Assembly: GCF_050698815.1 (NCBI RefSeq)
Contig: NZ_JBOHCV010000385.1
Coordinates: forward strand, 1-41,820
From: Streptomyces sp.
GTDB taxonomy: Bacteria > Actinomycetota > Actinomycetes > Streptomycetales > Streptomycetaceae
Length of the DNA: 41,820 nucleotides
Reading direction: 5' to 3'
The notes below the pieces were generated by a model. That model searched no databases and had not been told where the DNA came from. It saw nothing but the letters and a program-made list of their open reading frames with translations. Both the position numbers and the translations under genes were made by a program. Below are positions 9,652 through 18,644 of the stretch, one piece after another. Within the stretch, counting starts at the first letter, position 1; each line of letters opens with the position of its first letter.

Positions 9652-11586
9652 TCAGGTCTTGTCGTCCGGGAGACTTCCCTGGACCAGGCTGTCCCGCCAT
9701 GCCTGATGCAGAGACGCGAACCGGCCGGTCCCGGCGATGAGCCGGCCTGGCGCACCGTCCTCCACCAGCCGCCCGTCCTCCATCACCAGCACCCGGTCGG
9801 CGATGCGAACCGTCGAGAGCCGGTGCGCGATGACCACGGCCGTACGGCCCCGCAGCACCGTCGACATCGCCTGCTGCACGGCCCGTTCGCCCGGCACGTC
9901 GAGTGACGAGGTCGCCTCGTCCAGGATCAGTACGGCCGGATCGGCGAGCAGCGCACGGGCGAACCCCACCAACTGCCGCTGTCCGGCCGAGATGCGGCCG
10001 CCCCGCTTGCGCACGTCCGTGTCGTACCCGTCGGGCAGGGCGGCGATGAAGTCGTGGGCGCCGATCGACTTCGCGGCCTGCTCGATCTCCGCGCGGGTGG
10101 CGTCGGGACGGCCGATGGCGATGTTCTCCGCGACCGAGCCGGAGAAGAGGAACGCCTCCTGGGTGACCATCACGACGTCGCGCCGCAGGGTGGGGCCGTC
10201 CAGGTCGCGCAGGTCGACGCCGTCGAGGAGAACGCGCCCCGAGGTCGGGTCGTAGAAGCGGGAGAGCAGCTTGGCGAGGGTGGACTTGCCCGCTCCGGTC
10301 GCTCCGACGACGGCCACGGTCTGCCCGGCGGGCAGCGTCAGGCCGAAGGCGGGCAGCACCTCGCCGCCGGTGCGGTAGCCGAAGGAGACACCCTCGAAGA
10401 CGACCTCCCTGCCCTGCCCGTCGCCGCGGCGGGCGGGCAGGGCGCGGGGTGCGCGGGGCTCGGGCACCGCGGGCCGCTGGGCCAGCAGCCCGGCGACCTT
10501 CTCCAGTGAAGCCGCCGCCGACTGGTAATAGTTGAGGAACATGCCGAGCCGGTCGATCGGCTCGTAGAGCCGGCGCAGGTACAGCGCCGCGGCGGCGAGC
10601 ACACCCAGCGCGAGCTCCTCCGAAGCGACGCGGTAGGCGCCCCACAGCACGATGGCGGCGAGGGCGGTGTTCGCGGTGAGCCGGGAGCAGACCACGTACC
10701 GCGCCATCTCCAGGAGCGTGTCGCCGTTCACCTTCAGATGGCGGCCGTTGAGGCGGGCGAAGGCCGCGTCGTTGGCCCGCTCGCGGCGGAAGGTCTGCAC
10801 CGGGCGGATGCCGTTGACGGTCTCCGCGAACTTGACGATGACGTCCGCGATCGCTGTGGACCGGGTGCGGAAGACACGCATGGAGCGGTTGCGGAAGTTC
10901 CGCAGCAGCAGCGCCAGCGGAACGAAACTGAGCAGCGCCACACCGCCGAGCCCGAGATCCAGCCAGAGCAGCGTCGTCACGATGTAGAGCACGGAGACGA
11001 TGACGGCGAGCAGCTCCTGCAGCCCCTCGTCGAGGAGTTCGCGCAGCGCCTCGATGTCGGTGGTCGAGCGGGAGATGAGGCGGCCGGAGGTGTAGCGGTC
11101 GTGGAAGTCGACGTCGAGGGCCTGCGCGTGCCGGTAGATCCGCCCGCGCAGCTCCATCAGCACCCGCTGGTTGACCCGGGCGGCCGCGATGATGAACGCG
11201 TGCTGGAACCAGCCGGAGGCGACCGCGCAGCAGATGTAGGCGGCGCCGACGGCCAGGAGCGGGCCGTGATCGGGCGAGCCGCTCTCGCCGCGCAGCGCGG
11301 GGACGGCGCGGTCGATGGCGAACCCGACCAGGAGCGGGCCCGCCTGGGCGGCGACCTGCTGGAGCAGCAGCAGTACGGCCGCGGCGCCGACGCGGCCACG
11401 CTGCGGCCGCAGCAGCGAACCGAGCAGTGCGCGCGAGGCGTTGGCGGGTGCGGGCAGGGCGTCGCTGCTGAACGGGTCGGCCTCCGGCCCGGGGGCGACG
11501 GGCGAGCCGCCCGGTCTCCCTTTGACCGGCGGGTCGTCGCTCTCTGGGTCGTCCTCGCGCCTGGACGGCCGTACGGTACTGGTCAA
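9652..11586 (-). CDS. ABC exporter, fused permease/ATPase (heterodimer subunit 2)
   Basis: Transmembrane domain plus Walker A GATGAGKST, signature ISAGQRQ, and Walker B ILDEATSSLD. Confidence 0.93.
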   Translation of the reverse strand: MTSTVRPSRREDDPESDDPPVKGRPGGSPVAPGPEADPFSSDALPAPANASRALLGSLLRPQRGRVGAAAVLLLLQQVAAQAGPLLVGFAIDRAVPALRGESGSPDHGPLLAVGAAYICCAVASGWFQHAFIIAAARVNQRVLMELRGRIYRHAQALDVDFHDRYTSGRLISRSTTDIEALRELLDEGLQELLAVIVSVLYIVTTLLWLDLGLGGVALLSFVPLALLLRNFRNRSMRVFRTRSTAIADVIVKFAETVNGIRPVQTFRRERANDAAFARLNGRHLKVNGDTLLEMARYVVCSRLTANTALAAIVLWGAYRVASEELALGVLAAAALYLRRLYEPIDRLGMFLNYYQSAAASLEKVAGLLAQRPAVPEPRAPRALPARRGDGQGREVVFEGVSFGYRTGGEVLPAFGLTLPAGQTVAVVGATGAGKSTLAKLLSRFYDPTSGRVLLDGVDLRDLDGPTLRRDVVMVTQEAFLFSGSVAENIAIGRPDATRAEIEQAAKSIGAHDFIAALPDGYDTDVRKRGGRISAGQRQLVGFARALLADPAVLILDEATSSLDVPGERAVQQAMSTVLRGRTAVVIAHRLSTVRIADRVLVMEDGRLVEDGAPGRLIAGTGRFASLHQAWRDSLVQGSLPDDKT

Positions 11587-13469
11587 CTCCGCGTCCCCCC
11601 ATCGTGGTCGTCGCTATCGCCGGACATCAGGTGGCGGTACTCCGCGCTGTCGCACAGCAGTTCGTGATGCGTGCCGACCGCCGCGATCCGGCCGGCCGAG
11701 AGGAGCGCCACCCGGTCCGCGAGCAGCACGGTCGAGGGACGGTGCGCGACGACCAGGGCGGTCGTCGTCGCCAGCACCTCCCGCAGTGCGGCCTCGACGG
11801 CGGCCTCCGTGTGCACGTCGAGCGCCGAGAGCGGGTCGTCCAGTACGAGGAAGCGGGGGCGCCCGACCACGGCGCGGGCGAGCGCGAGCCGCTGCCGCTG
11901 CCCACCGGAGAGGCTGTGCCCCTGTTCGCCGACCTGGGTGGCCGGGCCGTGCGGCAGGACGGCGACGAAGCCGGCGGCCTGGGAGACCCGCAGGGCCCTC
12001 TCGAGGTGCTCGGGCGGTGGCGCGTCCTCGGCTTCCGCTTCTGAACGGTCCGCGCCCATCAGCACGTTCTCCGCGACGCTGGCGGAGAAGAGCGTCGGCT
12101 CCTCGAAGGCGAGCGCGACCCGGGCCCGTAGCTCACCACGGCTCAGCGTCGCGATGTCGGCGCCGTCCAGGGTGATACGGCCGGCGCTCACCTCGTGCAG
12201 CCGCGGAACCAGCGCGGTCAGCGTCGTCTTGCCGCTGCCGGTCGCGCCGACGAGAGCCATCGTCTCGCCGGGCCGTACGTGCAGATCGATCCCGTCCAGC
12301 ACGGGCGGGGTGTCCGCGGGCGCGTCGGGATAGCGGAAGCGGACCCCCGCGAAGCGCAGCCCGCCGCCGGCCTCGTCATCCCTGGGCTCGTCATCCTCGC
12401 CGTCGTCGCCGGGCTCGTCGGGAGCCGCCTCCCGCAGCACCTCCGGCGGCACCGGCTCGTCCATGACCTCGAAGAAGCGGTCGGTCGCCGTCGCCGCCTC
12501 GTTGCTCATCGCCAGCAGGAAGCCGATCGACTCCACCGGCCAGCGCAGCGTCAGCGCCGTCGAGAGAAAGGCGACGAGGGTGCCCGCCGACAGCTCACCG
12601 TCGGCCACCTGCAGCGTGCCCAGCACCAGCGCCGCGCCGATGGCGATCTCCGGCAGCGCCATGATCAGCGCCCAGATCCCGGCCAGCAGCCGCGCCTTGC
12701 GCAGCTCCGTGCCCAGCAGCCGCTCCGACAGTTCGTGGAAGGCCCGCGCCTGGCTGCGGTGCCGGCCGAACCCCTTGATGACGCGGATGCCCAGCACGGC
12801 CTCCTCGACCACGGTCGTCAGGTCGCCGATCTGGTCCTGCGCCCTGCGCGCCGCCAGCGCGTACCGCTGCTCGAAGACCGCGCAGAACAGCACCAGCGGG
12901 ATGGTGGGGATCATGATCACCAGGCCCAGCGTCCACTGCTGGGTCAGCAGGATGATGCAACCCACGGCGATGGTCGCCCCGTTGACCAGCAGGAAGGTCA
13001 CGCCGAAAGCGAGGAACATCCGCAGCAGCTGAAGGTCGGTCGTCGCCCGGGACAGTAACTGCCCACTGGGCCAGCGGTCGTGGAAGGAGACCGGCAGCCG
13101 CTGAAGATGCCGGAAGATGTCGGCCCGCATAGCCGCTTCCACCCCTGCCAGCGGGCGGGCGGCCAGCCATCGGCGCAGCCCGAACAGCCCCGCTTCCAGC
13201 ACCCCGACGCCCAGCAGCAGCGCCCCGCCGAGCCACACCCCGCCCGTATCGCGTGCCGCCACCGGGCCGTCCACCAGCCACTTCAGAACGAGCGGGATCA
13301 CCAGCCCCATGCACGAGGCGACGATCGCCACGAAGGCGGCAGCGAACATCCGCACCCGCACCGGCCGTACGTAGGGCCACAGCCGCAGCAGTGAGCGGAC
13401 CGCCGACCGCTCGCCGCCGCCCGGCTCATCGGCGCGGCTCTCCCCACTGGTCCCCATCGTGGCAGTCAT
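11583..13469 (-). CDS. ABC exporter, fused permease/ATPase (heterodimer subunit 1)
   Basis: GATGSGKTT, LSGGQRQR, and a degenerate Walker B VLDDPLSALD typical of heterodimeric exporters. It overlaps its partner by 4 bp. Confidence 0.93.
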   Translation of the reverse strand: MTATMGTSGESRADEPGGGERSAVRSLLRLWPYVRPVRVRMFAAAFVAIVASCMGLVIPLVLKWLVDGPVAARDTGGVWLGGALLLGVGVLEAGLFGLRRWLAARPLAGVEAAMRADIFRHLQRLPVSFHDRWPSGQLLSRATTDLQLLRMFLAFGVTFLLVNGATIAVGCIILLTQQWTLGLVIMIPTIPLVLFCAVFEQRYALAARRAQDQIGDLTTVVEEAVLGIRVIKGFGRHRSQARAFHELSERLLGTELRKARLLAGIWALIMALPEIAIGAALVLGTLQVADGELSAGTLVAFLSTALTLRWPVESIGFLLAMSNEAATATDRFFEVMDEPVPPEVLREAAPDEPGDDGEDDEPRDDEAGGGLRFAGVRFRYPDAPADTPPVLDGIDLHVRPGETMALVGATGSGKTTLTALVPRLHEVSAGRITLDGADIATLSRGELRARVALAFEEPTLFSASVAENVLMGADRSEAEAEDAPPPEHLERALRVSQAAGFVAVLPHGPATQVGEQGHSLSGGQRQRLALARAVVGRPRFLVLDDPLSALDVHTEAAVEAALREVLATTTALVVAHRPSTVLLADRVALLSAGRIAAVGTHHELLCDSAEYRHLMSGDSDDHDGGTRS

Positions 13470-13624
13470 CAGGAGTGAGACTACGGTTCACCCCTGACAT
13501 CCCTCATCTGCTTTTCCCGCGGGAGGGACGCACGGGGACGCACGGCCCCCGCGGTCGGCCCACGTGAGGCGTTTCCCCTGCGGCGGCGGGTCGTTGGTCT
13601 CCGCGTACGGGCGATCTCTGCGGG

Positions 13625-14833
13625 GTGACGGGCATGGAACGGGCGGGGCGGGCAGGCCGGACGGCGGCGCTGCGGGCAGGTGCGCTGTGTCTTCTCGGCG
13701 CGCTCCTGACGGGCTGCGGCGTGGTGGGCGCCGCGAAGGCACCCGCGCAGGCGATCGAGGTGACACCCCGGGACGGGGTCTCGGGTGTGGGGGCGCACGA
13801 CAGGCTCCGCGTTTCGGTGCCGGAGGGCAGACTGGAGCGGGTGCGGGTGGCGCGTACCGGCGGGGCGGCCGGGCGGCCGCTGCCCGGACGCGTCTCGTCC
13901 GACGGCCACACCTGGGAGCCCACCGGCACCAGCCGCAAGCTCAAGCTCAGCAGCGAGTACACGGTCCACGTGGTCGCCCGCGACAGGCGGGGGCGGCGCG
14001 TGGCCCGGCACACCACCTTCGCCACCAAGGTGCCCGACCGGCACTTCATCGGCTTCTTCACCCCCGAACACCGGCAGACGGTCGGCACCGCGATGATCCT
14101 CTCGATCAAGTTCAGCCGGCCGATCGCCCGGCGCGCCGCGGTCGAGCGCGCCATCCGCGTGACGGCCGACCCGGAAGCGCGGGTCGCGCCGCACTGGTTC
14201 GGCCGCTCCCGGCTCGACTTCCGTCCCAGGACGTACTGGAAGCCCGGCACCCGCGTCACCCTCGATCTGCGGCTGCGTCATGTGCGGGCCGCCCGGGGGG
14301 TGTACGGGGTGCAGCGCAAGCGGGTCCACTTCACCGTCGGCCGTGACCAGCGCTCCGTCGTGGACGCCCGCACCCACACGATGACGGTGCGGCGGGGCGG
14401 CGTCGTCGTGAACACCGTGCCGGTCACCGCGGGCTCGGCCGAGAACCCCACGTACACCGGCCGCATGGTGATCAGCCAGAAGTTCCGGGTGACCCGGATG
14501 AACGCCAGCACCGTCGGGTTCGGCGGCGAGTACGACATCGAGGACGTGCCGCACGCCATGCGGCTCACCGACAGCGGCACCTTCCTGCACGGCAACTACT
14601 GGGCCTCGAGGAGCACCTTCGGCACCGCCAACGTCAGCCACGGCTGCGTCGGACTGCGGGACAGGAAGGGCGGCGACGACAACAGCCCGGCCGGGTCCTT
14701 CTACCACCGCTCGCTGATCGGGGACCTGGTCAAGGTCAAGGGCTCGGGCGAACGCACCCTCGGCGCGGACAACGGGCTGGGCGGCTGGAACATGTCCTGG
14801 CGGGCCTGGCGGGCGGGCTCCGCGCTGAACTGA
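13625..14833 (+). CDS. L,D-transpeptidase lipoprotein (Ig-like + YkuD domains), strongly basic
   Basis: Lipobox LTGC, HWFG..RLDFRP, and catalytic HGNYW...SHGCVGL. Alternative start at ATG 13634. Confidence 0.9.
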   Translation: MTGMERAGRAGRTAALRAGALCLLGALLTGCGVVGAAKAPAQAIEVTPRDGVSGVGAHDRLRVSVPEGRLERVRVARTGGAAGRPLPGRVSSDGHTWEPTGTSRKLKLSSEYTVHVVARDRRGRRVARHTTFATKVPDRHFIGFFTPEHRQTVGTAMILSIKFSRPIARRAAVERAIRVTADPEARVAPHWFGRSRLDFRPRTYWKPGTRVTLDLRLRHVRAARGVYGVQRKRVHFTVGRDQRSVVDARTHTMTVRRGGVVVNTVPVTAGSAENPTYTGRMVISQKFRVTRMNASTVGFGGEYDIEDVPHAMRLTDSGTFLHGNYWASRSTFGTANVSHGCVGLRDRKGGDDNSPAGSFYHRSLIGDLVKVKGSGERTLGADNGLGGWNMSWRAWRAGSALN

Positions 14834-15026
14834 GGCCGGCCGGGCCGCGGACCCCAGGAGGGCGGGGCCGCCCAGCATCGCGCGCCGCGAAATCGCGACG
14901 GAACGGTGACACGCGTGGGGGTCCCCACGTCACTACCGTGTGATTATCTAGCGGCGAAGAGACGTGTTGGCGCGTCGGGGGCGCACCCGTGGTGCGCGAC
15001 CACGCGTGGGAGGGGAGCAGCCCGCA

Positions 15027-16331
15027 GTGGATCTGAAGTCCGTCGCCGCAGGAGCAGTGAAGCAGGCCCGGGAGAAACTGAACCCGGAGGCGATACGGGG
15101 GGACAGCCGGGCCCAGCTCATAGGCGGGTCCGCGGTGGGTCTCGTCGTACTGGCCGTGGTGATGGTGCTGGTGCTGACCACCTGCGGCAGCGGTGCGGGC
15201 GCCGGCGGCGAGCAGGGCGCGGGCAAGGACGACGCCCCGAAGAAGTCGCAGGCCCGCGTCACGGTCACTCCTGAGAACGGGGCGGACAAGGTCAGGACGT
15301 CCGGGGCGCTGAAGGTGACGGCGGCCAAGGGCAAGCTGGTCAGCGTCGAGGTCAAGGACTCCAAGGGCAAGCAGGTCGAGGGGAAGTTCGCCGAGGGCAG
15401 GACGGCCTGGGAGCCGGACACCCACCTGGCGACCCGCACGAAGTACTCCGTGCGCGCCCTCGCGCGGGACTCCGAGGGGCGTACGAAGAAGAAGAACACC
15501 GACTTCACCACGTTCACGCCCGACAGCACCTTCATAGGCCGGTTCACCCCGGAGGACGGCGACAAGGTGGGCGTCGGAATGCCCGTCTCCCTCAACTTCG
15601 ATCACGCCGTCACCGACCGCGCGGCCGTCGAGAAGGCGATCTCGGTCAGCGCCGAACCCGAAGTCGATGTCCAGGGCCACTGGTTCGGCGACAGCCGCCT
15701 CGACTTCCGGCCGGAGGAGTACTGGGACGCGGGCACCAAGGTCACCCTCGACCTGAACCTCGACGGTGTCGAGGGCTACGACGGGGTGTACGGGACGCAG
15801 GACAAGAGCGTGAGCTTCACCGTCGGACGGCGTCAGGTCAGCGTCGTGGACGCGAAGAAGAAGACGATGACGGTGAAGCGGGACGGCAAGAAGATCAAGA
15901 AGTACGGGATCTCCTCGGGCAGCCCCGAGAACCCCACGTACAACGGCCGCATGGTGATCAGCGAGCGGCACAAGGTGACGCGGATGGACGGCGACACCGT
16001 GGGCTTCGGCCGCAAGGAGGAAGCGGGCGGCTACGACATCAAGGACGTGCCGCACGCCATGCGGCTGTCCACCTCGGGCACCTTCATCCACGGCAACTAC
16101 TGGCTCGCTCAGTCCTCCTTCGGCCAGGTCAACGCCAGCCACGGCTGTGTCGGCCTGTTCGACAAGAAGGGCGGCGGCGACAAGGGGACGCCGGGGGCGT
16201 GGTTCTTCAGGGAGTCGATCGTCGGCGACGTCGTGGAGATCAAGAACTCCAAGGACAAGACGATCCAGCCGGACAACGGATTCAGCGGCTGGAACATGGA
16301 CTGGGACAAGTGGACGGCTGAACAGAAGTAG
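15027..16331 (+). CDS. L,D-transpeptidase (Ig-like + YkuD domains), tandem paralogue
   Basis: HWFGDSRLDFRP and GTFIHGNYW...ASHGCVGL. GTG start chosen because it follows a GGAGGGGAG RBS. Confidence 0.9.
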   Translation: MDLKSVAAGAVKQAREKLNPEAIRGDSRAQLIGGSAVGLVVLAVVMVLVLTTCGSGAGAGGEQGAGKDDAPKKSQARVTVTPENGADKVRTSGALKVTAAKGKLVSVEVKDSKGKQVEGKFAEGRTAWEPDTHLATRTKYSVRALARDSEGRTKKKNTDFTTFTPDSTFIGRFTPEDGDKVGVGMPVSLNFDHAVTDRAAVEKAISVSAEPEVDVQGHWFGDSRLDFRPEEYWDAGTKVTLDLNLDGVEGYDGVYGTQDKSVSFTVGRRQVSVVDAKKKTMTVKRDGKKIKKYGISSGSPENPTYNGRMVISERHKVTRMDGDTVGFGRKEEAGGYDIKDVPHAMRLSTSGTFIHGNYWLAQSSFGQVNASHGCVGLFDKKGGGDKGTPGAWFFRESIVGDVVEIKNSKDKTIQPDNGFSGWNMDWDKWTAEQK

Positions 16332-16334
16332 CCG

Positions 16335-16372
16335 CGCGCCAGGGGGCGGTCCTCCGCCTGCCCCCTGGCGCG
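16335..16372 (+). terminator. GC-rich hairpin after the second L,D-transpeptidase
   Basis: Perfect 13-bp inverted repeat cgcgccagggggc / gccccctggcgcg. Confidence 0.65.
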
Positions 16373-16393
16373 AACGGGCGTTAACCTTCCCCC

Positions 16394-17161
16394 ATGACTG
16401 TGAATCTCGAAGTCGCCGACGGTGTCGCCACGATCCGCCTGGACCGTCCGCCCATGAACGCCCTGGACATCGCCACGCAGGACCGGCTGCGTGAGCTCGC
16501 CGAAGAGGCCACCCTGCGCGACGATGTGCGCGCCGTCGTGATCTACGGTGGCGAGAAGGTGTTCGCGGCGGGCGCGGACATCAAGGAGATGCAGGTCATG
16601 GACCACGCCGCCATGGTCGTGCGGTCCAAGGCCCTGCAGGACTCCTTCACCGCCGTGGCCCGCATCCCCAAGCCCGTTGTCGCCGCCGTCACCGGCTACG
16701 CGCTGGGCGGCGGCTGTGAGTTGGCACTCTGCGCCGACATCCGGATCGCCGGCGAGCGGGCCAAGCTGGGGCAGCCGGAGATCCTCCTTGGCCTCATTCC
16801 CGGCGCCGGCGGCACGCAGCGGCTCGCCCGGCTGGTGGGACCCGCCAAGGCCAAGGACCTCATCTTCACCGGGCGGCAGGTCAAGGCGCCGGAGGCGCTG
16901 CAGATGGGACTCGTGGACCGGGTGGTGCCGGACGAAGAGGTCTACGAGCGGGCCAAGGCGTGGGCCGCCTCCCTGGCCCAGGGCCCCGCGATGGCGCTGC
17001 GCGCCGCCAAGGAGTCCGTCGACGCGGGTCTGGAGACGGACATCGACACCGGGTTGACGATCGAGCGCAACTGGTTCGCCGGGCTGTTCGCGACCGAGGA
17101 CCGCGCGACCGGGATGCGCAGCTTCGTGGAGGAGGGGCCCGGCAAGGCCAAGTTCCGCTGA
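16394..17161 (+). CDS. Enoyl-CoA hydratase/isomerase family protein
   Basis: RLDRPPMNAL, FAAGADIKEM, GYALGGGCELAL, and GQPEILLGLIPGAGGTQRL. Confidence 0.93.
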   Translation: MTVNLEVADGVATIRLDRPPMNALDIATQDRLRELAEEATLRDDVRAVVIYGGEKVFAAGADIKEMQVMDHAAMVVRSKALQDSFTAVARIPKPVVAAVTGYALGGGCELALCADIRIAGERAKLGQPEILLGLIPGAGGTQRLARLVGPAKAKDLIFTGRQVKAPEALQMGLVDRVVPDEEVYERAKAWAASLAQGPAMALRAAKESVDAGLETDIDTGLTIERNWFAGLFATEDRATGMRSFVEEGPGKAKFR

Positions 17162-17194
17162 CGTAGCCCCGGTAACCCCCGGTACGGGGTGGGG

Positions 17195-17236
17195 TGGTGG
17201 GGGGTGGCGCACCGGATGTCCGGAGTGCGCCCCACC
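17195..17236 (+). terminator. Imperfect hairpin after the enoyl-CoA hydratase
   Basis: ggtgg...gcgcaccgga-tg-tccggagtgcgccccacc stem. Confidence 0.5.
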
Positions 17237-17458
17237 GTGTGGGGGAACCGGTTTTCCGTTGAATGACCGCGCGCGGCGGCCCGGCCGTGGCTGATCGTGA
17301 TCACGTACGTACACGGTGTCACGCCTGGTCAGGGTCGCCCGCGCCGGGCCTCGCCGCTCGGCACCTTCCCAACCGCCCCTGCGGAAGGGCCCGTTCCGTA
17401 TGATCCGATCCCCCCGAACCGCCCCACAATTCCCCCTGCCGCCGCCATGATGGTGGCC

Positions 17459-17965
17459 ATGGCGGGACAGCGAGAAGTGGTGAGCGTGGCCAACTGGGTA
17501 CCGGAGATCCCGGAGGAGCCGCCGACGGCCGACGACTTCGGGAACGGGGTGCTCGACCTCGTGGGCGACCCGACGATCGACGAGGTACGCCTCCCCAACC
17601 GCCCCGAGTCGGCGCGCACCGCACGCCAACTCGCCCGCACCGTTCTGCGACTGCACTGGGGCCTTCCCCGCCAGACCACGGACGACGCCGTCCTGCTCGT
17701 CTCCGAACTCGTCGGCAACGCCGTGCGCCACACCGGCGCGCACGTCTTCGGCCTGCGGATGCTGCGCCGCCGCGGCTGGATCCGCGCCGAGGTGCGCGAC
17801 CCGTCCCGCGGCCTGCCCTGCCTCCTCCCGGTGCAGGCTCTCGACACCAGCGGCCGCGGCGTCTTCCTCGTCGACACCCTCTCCGACCGCTGGGGGGTCG
17901 ACCTGCTGCCCCGCGGCAAGACCACGTGGTTCGAAATGCGGATTATCGACAGCAGGGCGGAGTAG
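17459..17965 (+). CDS. Small ATP-binding regulator (HATPase_c_2 / anti-sigma-factor-like)
   Basis: PESARTAR, LLVSELVGNAVRH, EVRD, SGRGVFLVDTLSDRWGV, and GKTTWFE. Start uncertain (17447, 17459 or 17297). Confidence 0.85.
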   Translation: MAGQREVVSVANWVPEIPEEPPTADDFGNGVLDLVGDPTIDEVRLPNRPESARTARQLARTVLRLHWGLPRQTTDDAVLLVSELVGNAVRHTGAHVFGLRMLRRRGWIRAEVRDPSRGLPCLLPVQALDTSGRGVFLVDTLSDRWGVDLLPRGKTTWFEMRIIDSRAE

Positions 17966-18009
17966 TTTCGACGCGACCGCACAACAGCACAGCACAGAGA
18001 CGGGGAAGC

Positions 18010-18591
18010 ATGACGCGTCGGGTTCGGTATGGACGATCGAGGATTCCGCTGCGCTGCGCACCGCTGCTGGTGCTCGCACTGCTGGCCGGATGTGGTGGGG
18101 GAGCGGACGGCGCGGCCGGCGACGGCTCGGACAAGGGCGGCGTGCAGACGTCGTCCCAGGCCTCCCAGACCTCCCAGGCCTCCCAGGCCTCTCTCGCGTC
18201 CTCCCCTTGGGATTCGGGGTCGCCAGCGCCGCGGCAGCTGACCGCGCTGCCCCAAGCCGCGGACGGCAAGGACACCGGCTCCTGCGCCGACGGGAACTGC
18301 GAGGTCGAGCTGGCCGCGGGCGACGAGCTGTTCCCGAGCACCGCCTACGGGGTGCAGCGGTTCACCGTCGAGTCCATCAAGGACCGAATGATCTCCTGGC
18401 GGGCGGTCATCAAAGGCGGGTCCTCGATGCGGACGAGCGCCTCGGAGGTCTCCCGGATGAGCTGTGCGGGCGGCGAGTGCCACGGCCTCCTCGGCCGGAC
18501 CACCGGCGAGCTCACGATGAACGATCTCACCGTCTCCTTCACCGCCATCGTCGAGGACCGCGCCATCGCCCAGGTCACCAGCGGCACGTAG
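18010..18591 (+). CDS. Hypothetical lipoprotein
   Basis: Basic N-terminus, hydrophobic stretch and lipobox LAGC, a Ser/Gln-rich linker, and two Cys pairs (CADGNC, CAGGEC). Codon usage is GC3-rich. Confidence 0.75.
   Translation: MTRRVRYGRSRIPLRCAPLLVLALLAGCGGGADGAAGDGSDKGGVQTSSQASQTSQASQASLASSPWDSGSPAPRQLTALPQAADGKDTGSCADGNCEVELAAGDELFPSTAYGVQRFTVESIKDRMISWRAVIKGGSSMRTSASEVSRMSCAGGECHGLLGRTTGELTMNDLTVSFTAIVEDRAIAQVTSGT
18154..18191 (+). repeat. Four 9-bp tandem repeats tcccag(g/a)cc encoding SQA/SQT
   Basis: Units at 18154, 18163, 18172 and 18181. Confidence 0.8.
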
Positions 18592-18610
18592 CGCGGCCGG
18601 GGCCCCGGCT

Positions 18611-18644
18611 CCCGGACCCGGGCTCGCGGACGCCCGGGCCCGGG
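18611..18644. terminator. Hairpin between convergent genes
   Basis: cccggacccgggc / gcccgggcccggg with one mismatch. Confidence 0.5.

Noticed and set aside
17195..17250. CCCCAC...GTGGGG hairpin resembling a CRISPR repeat
   Set aside because: It overlaps a larger terminator-like stem directly after a stop codon and fits the repeat length and ends poorly.
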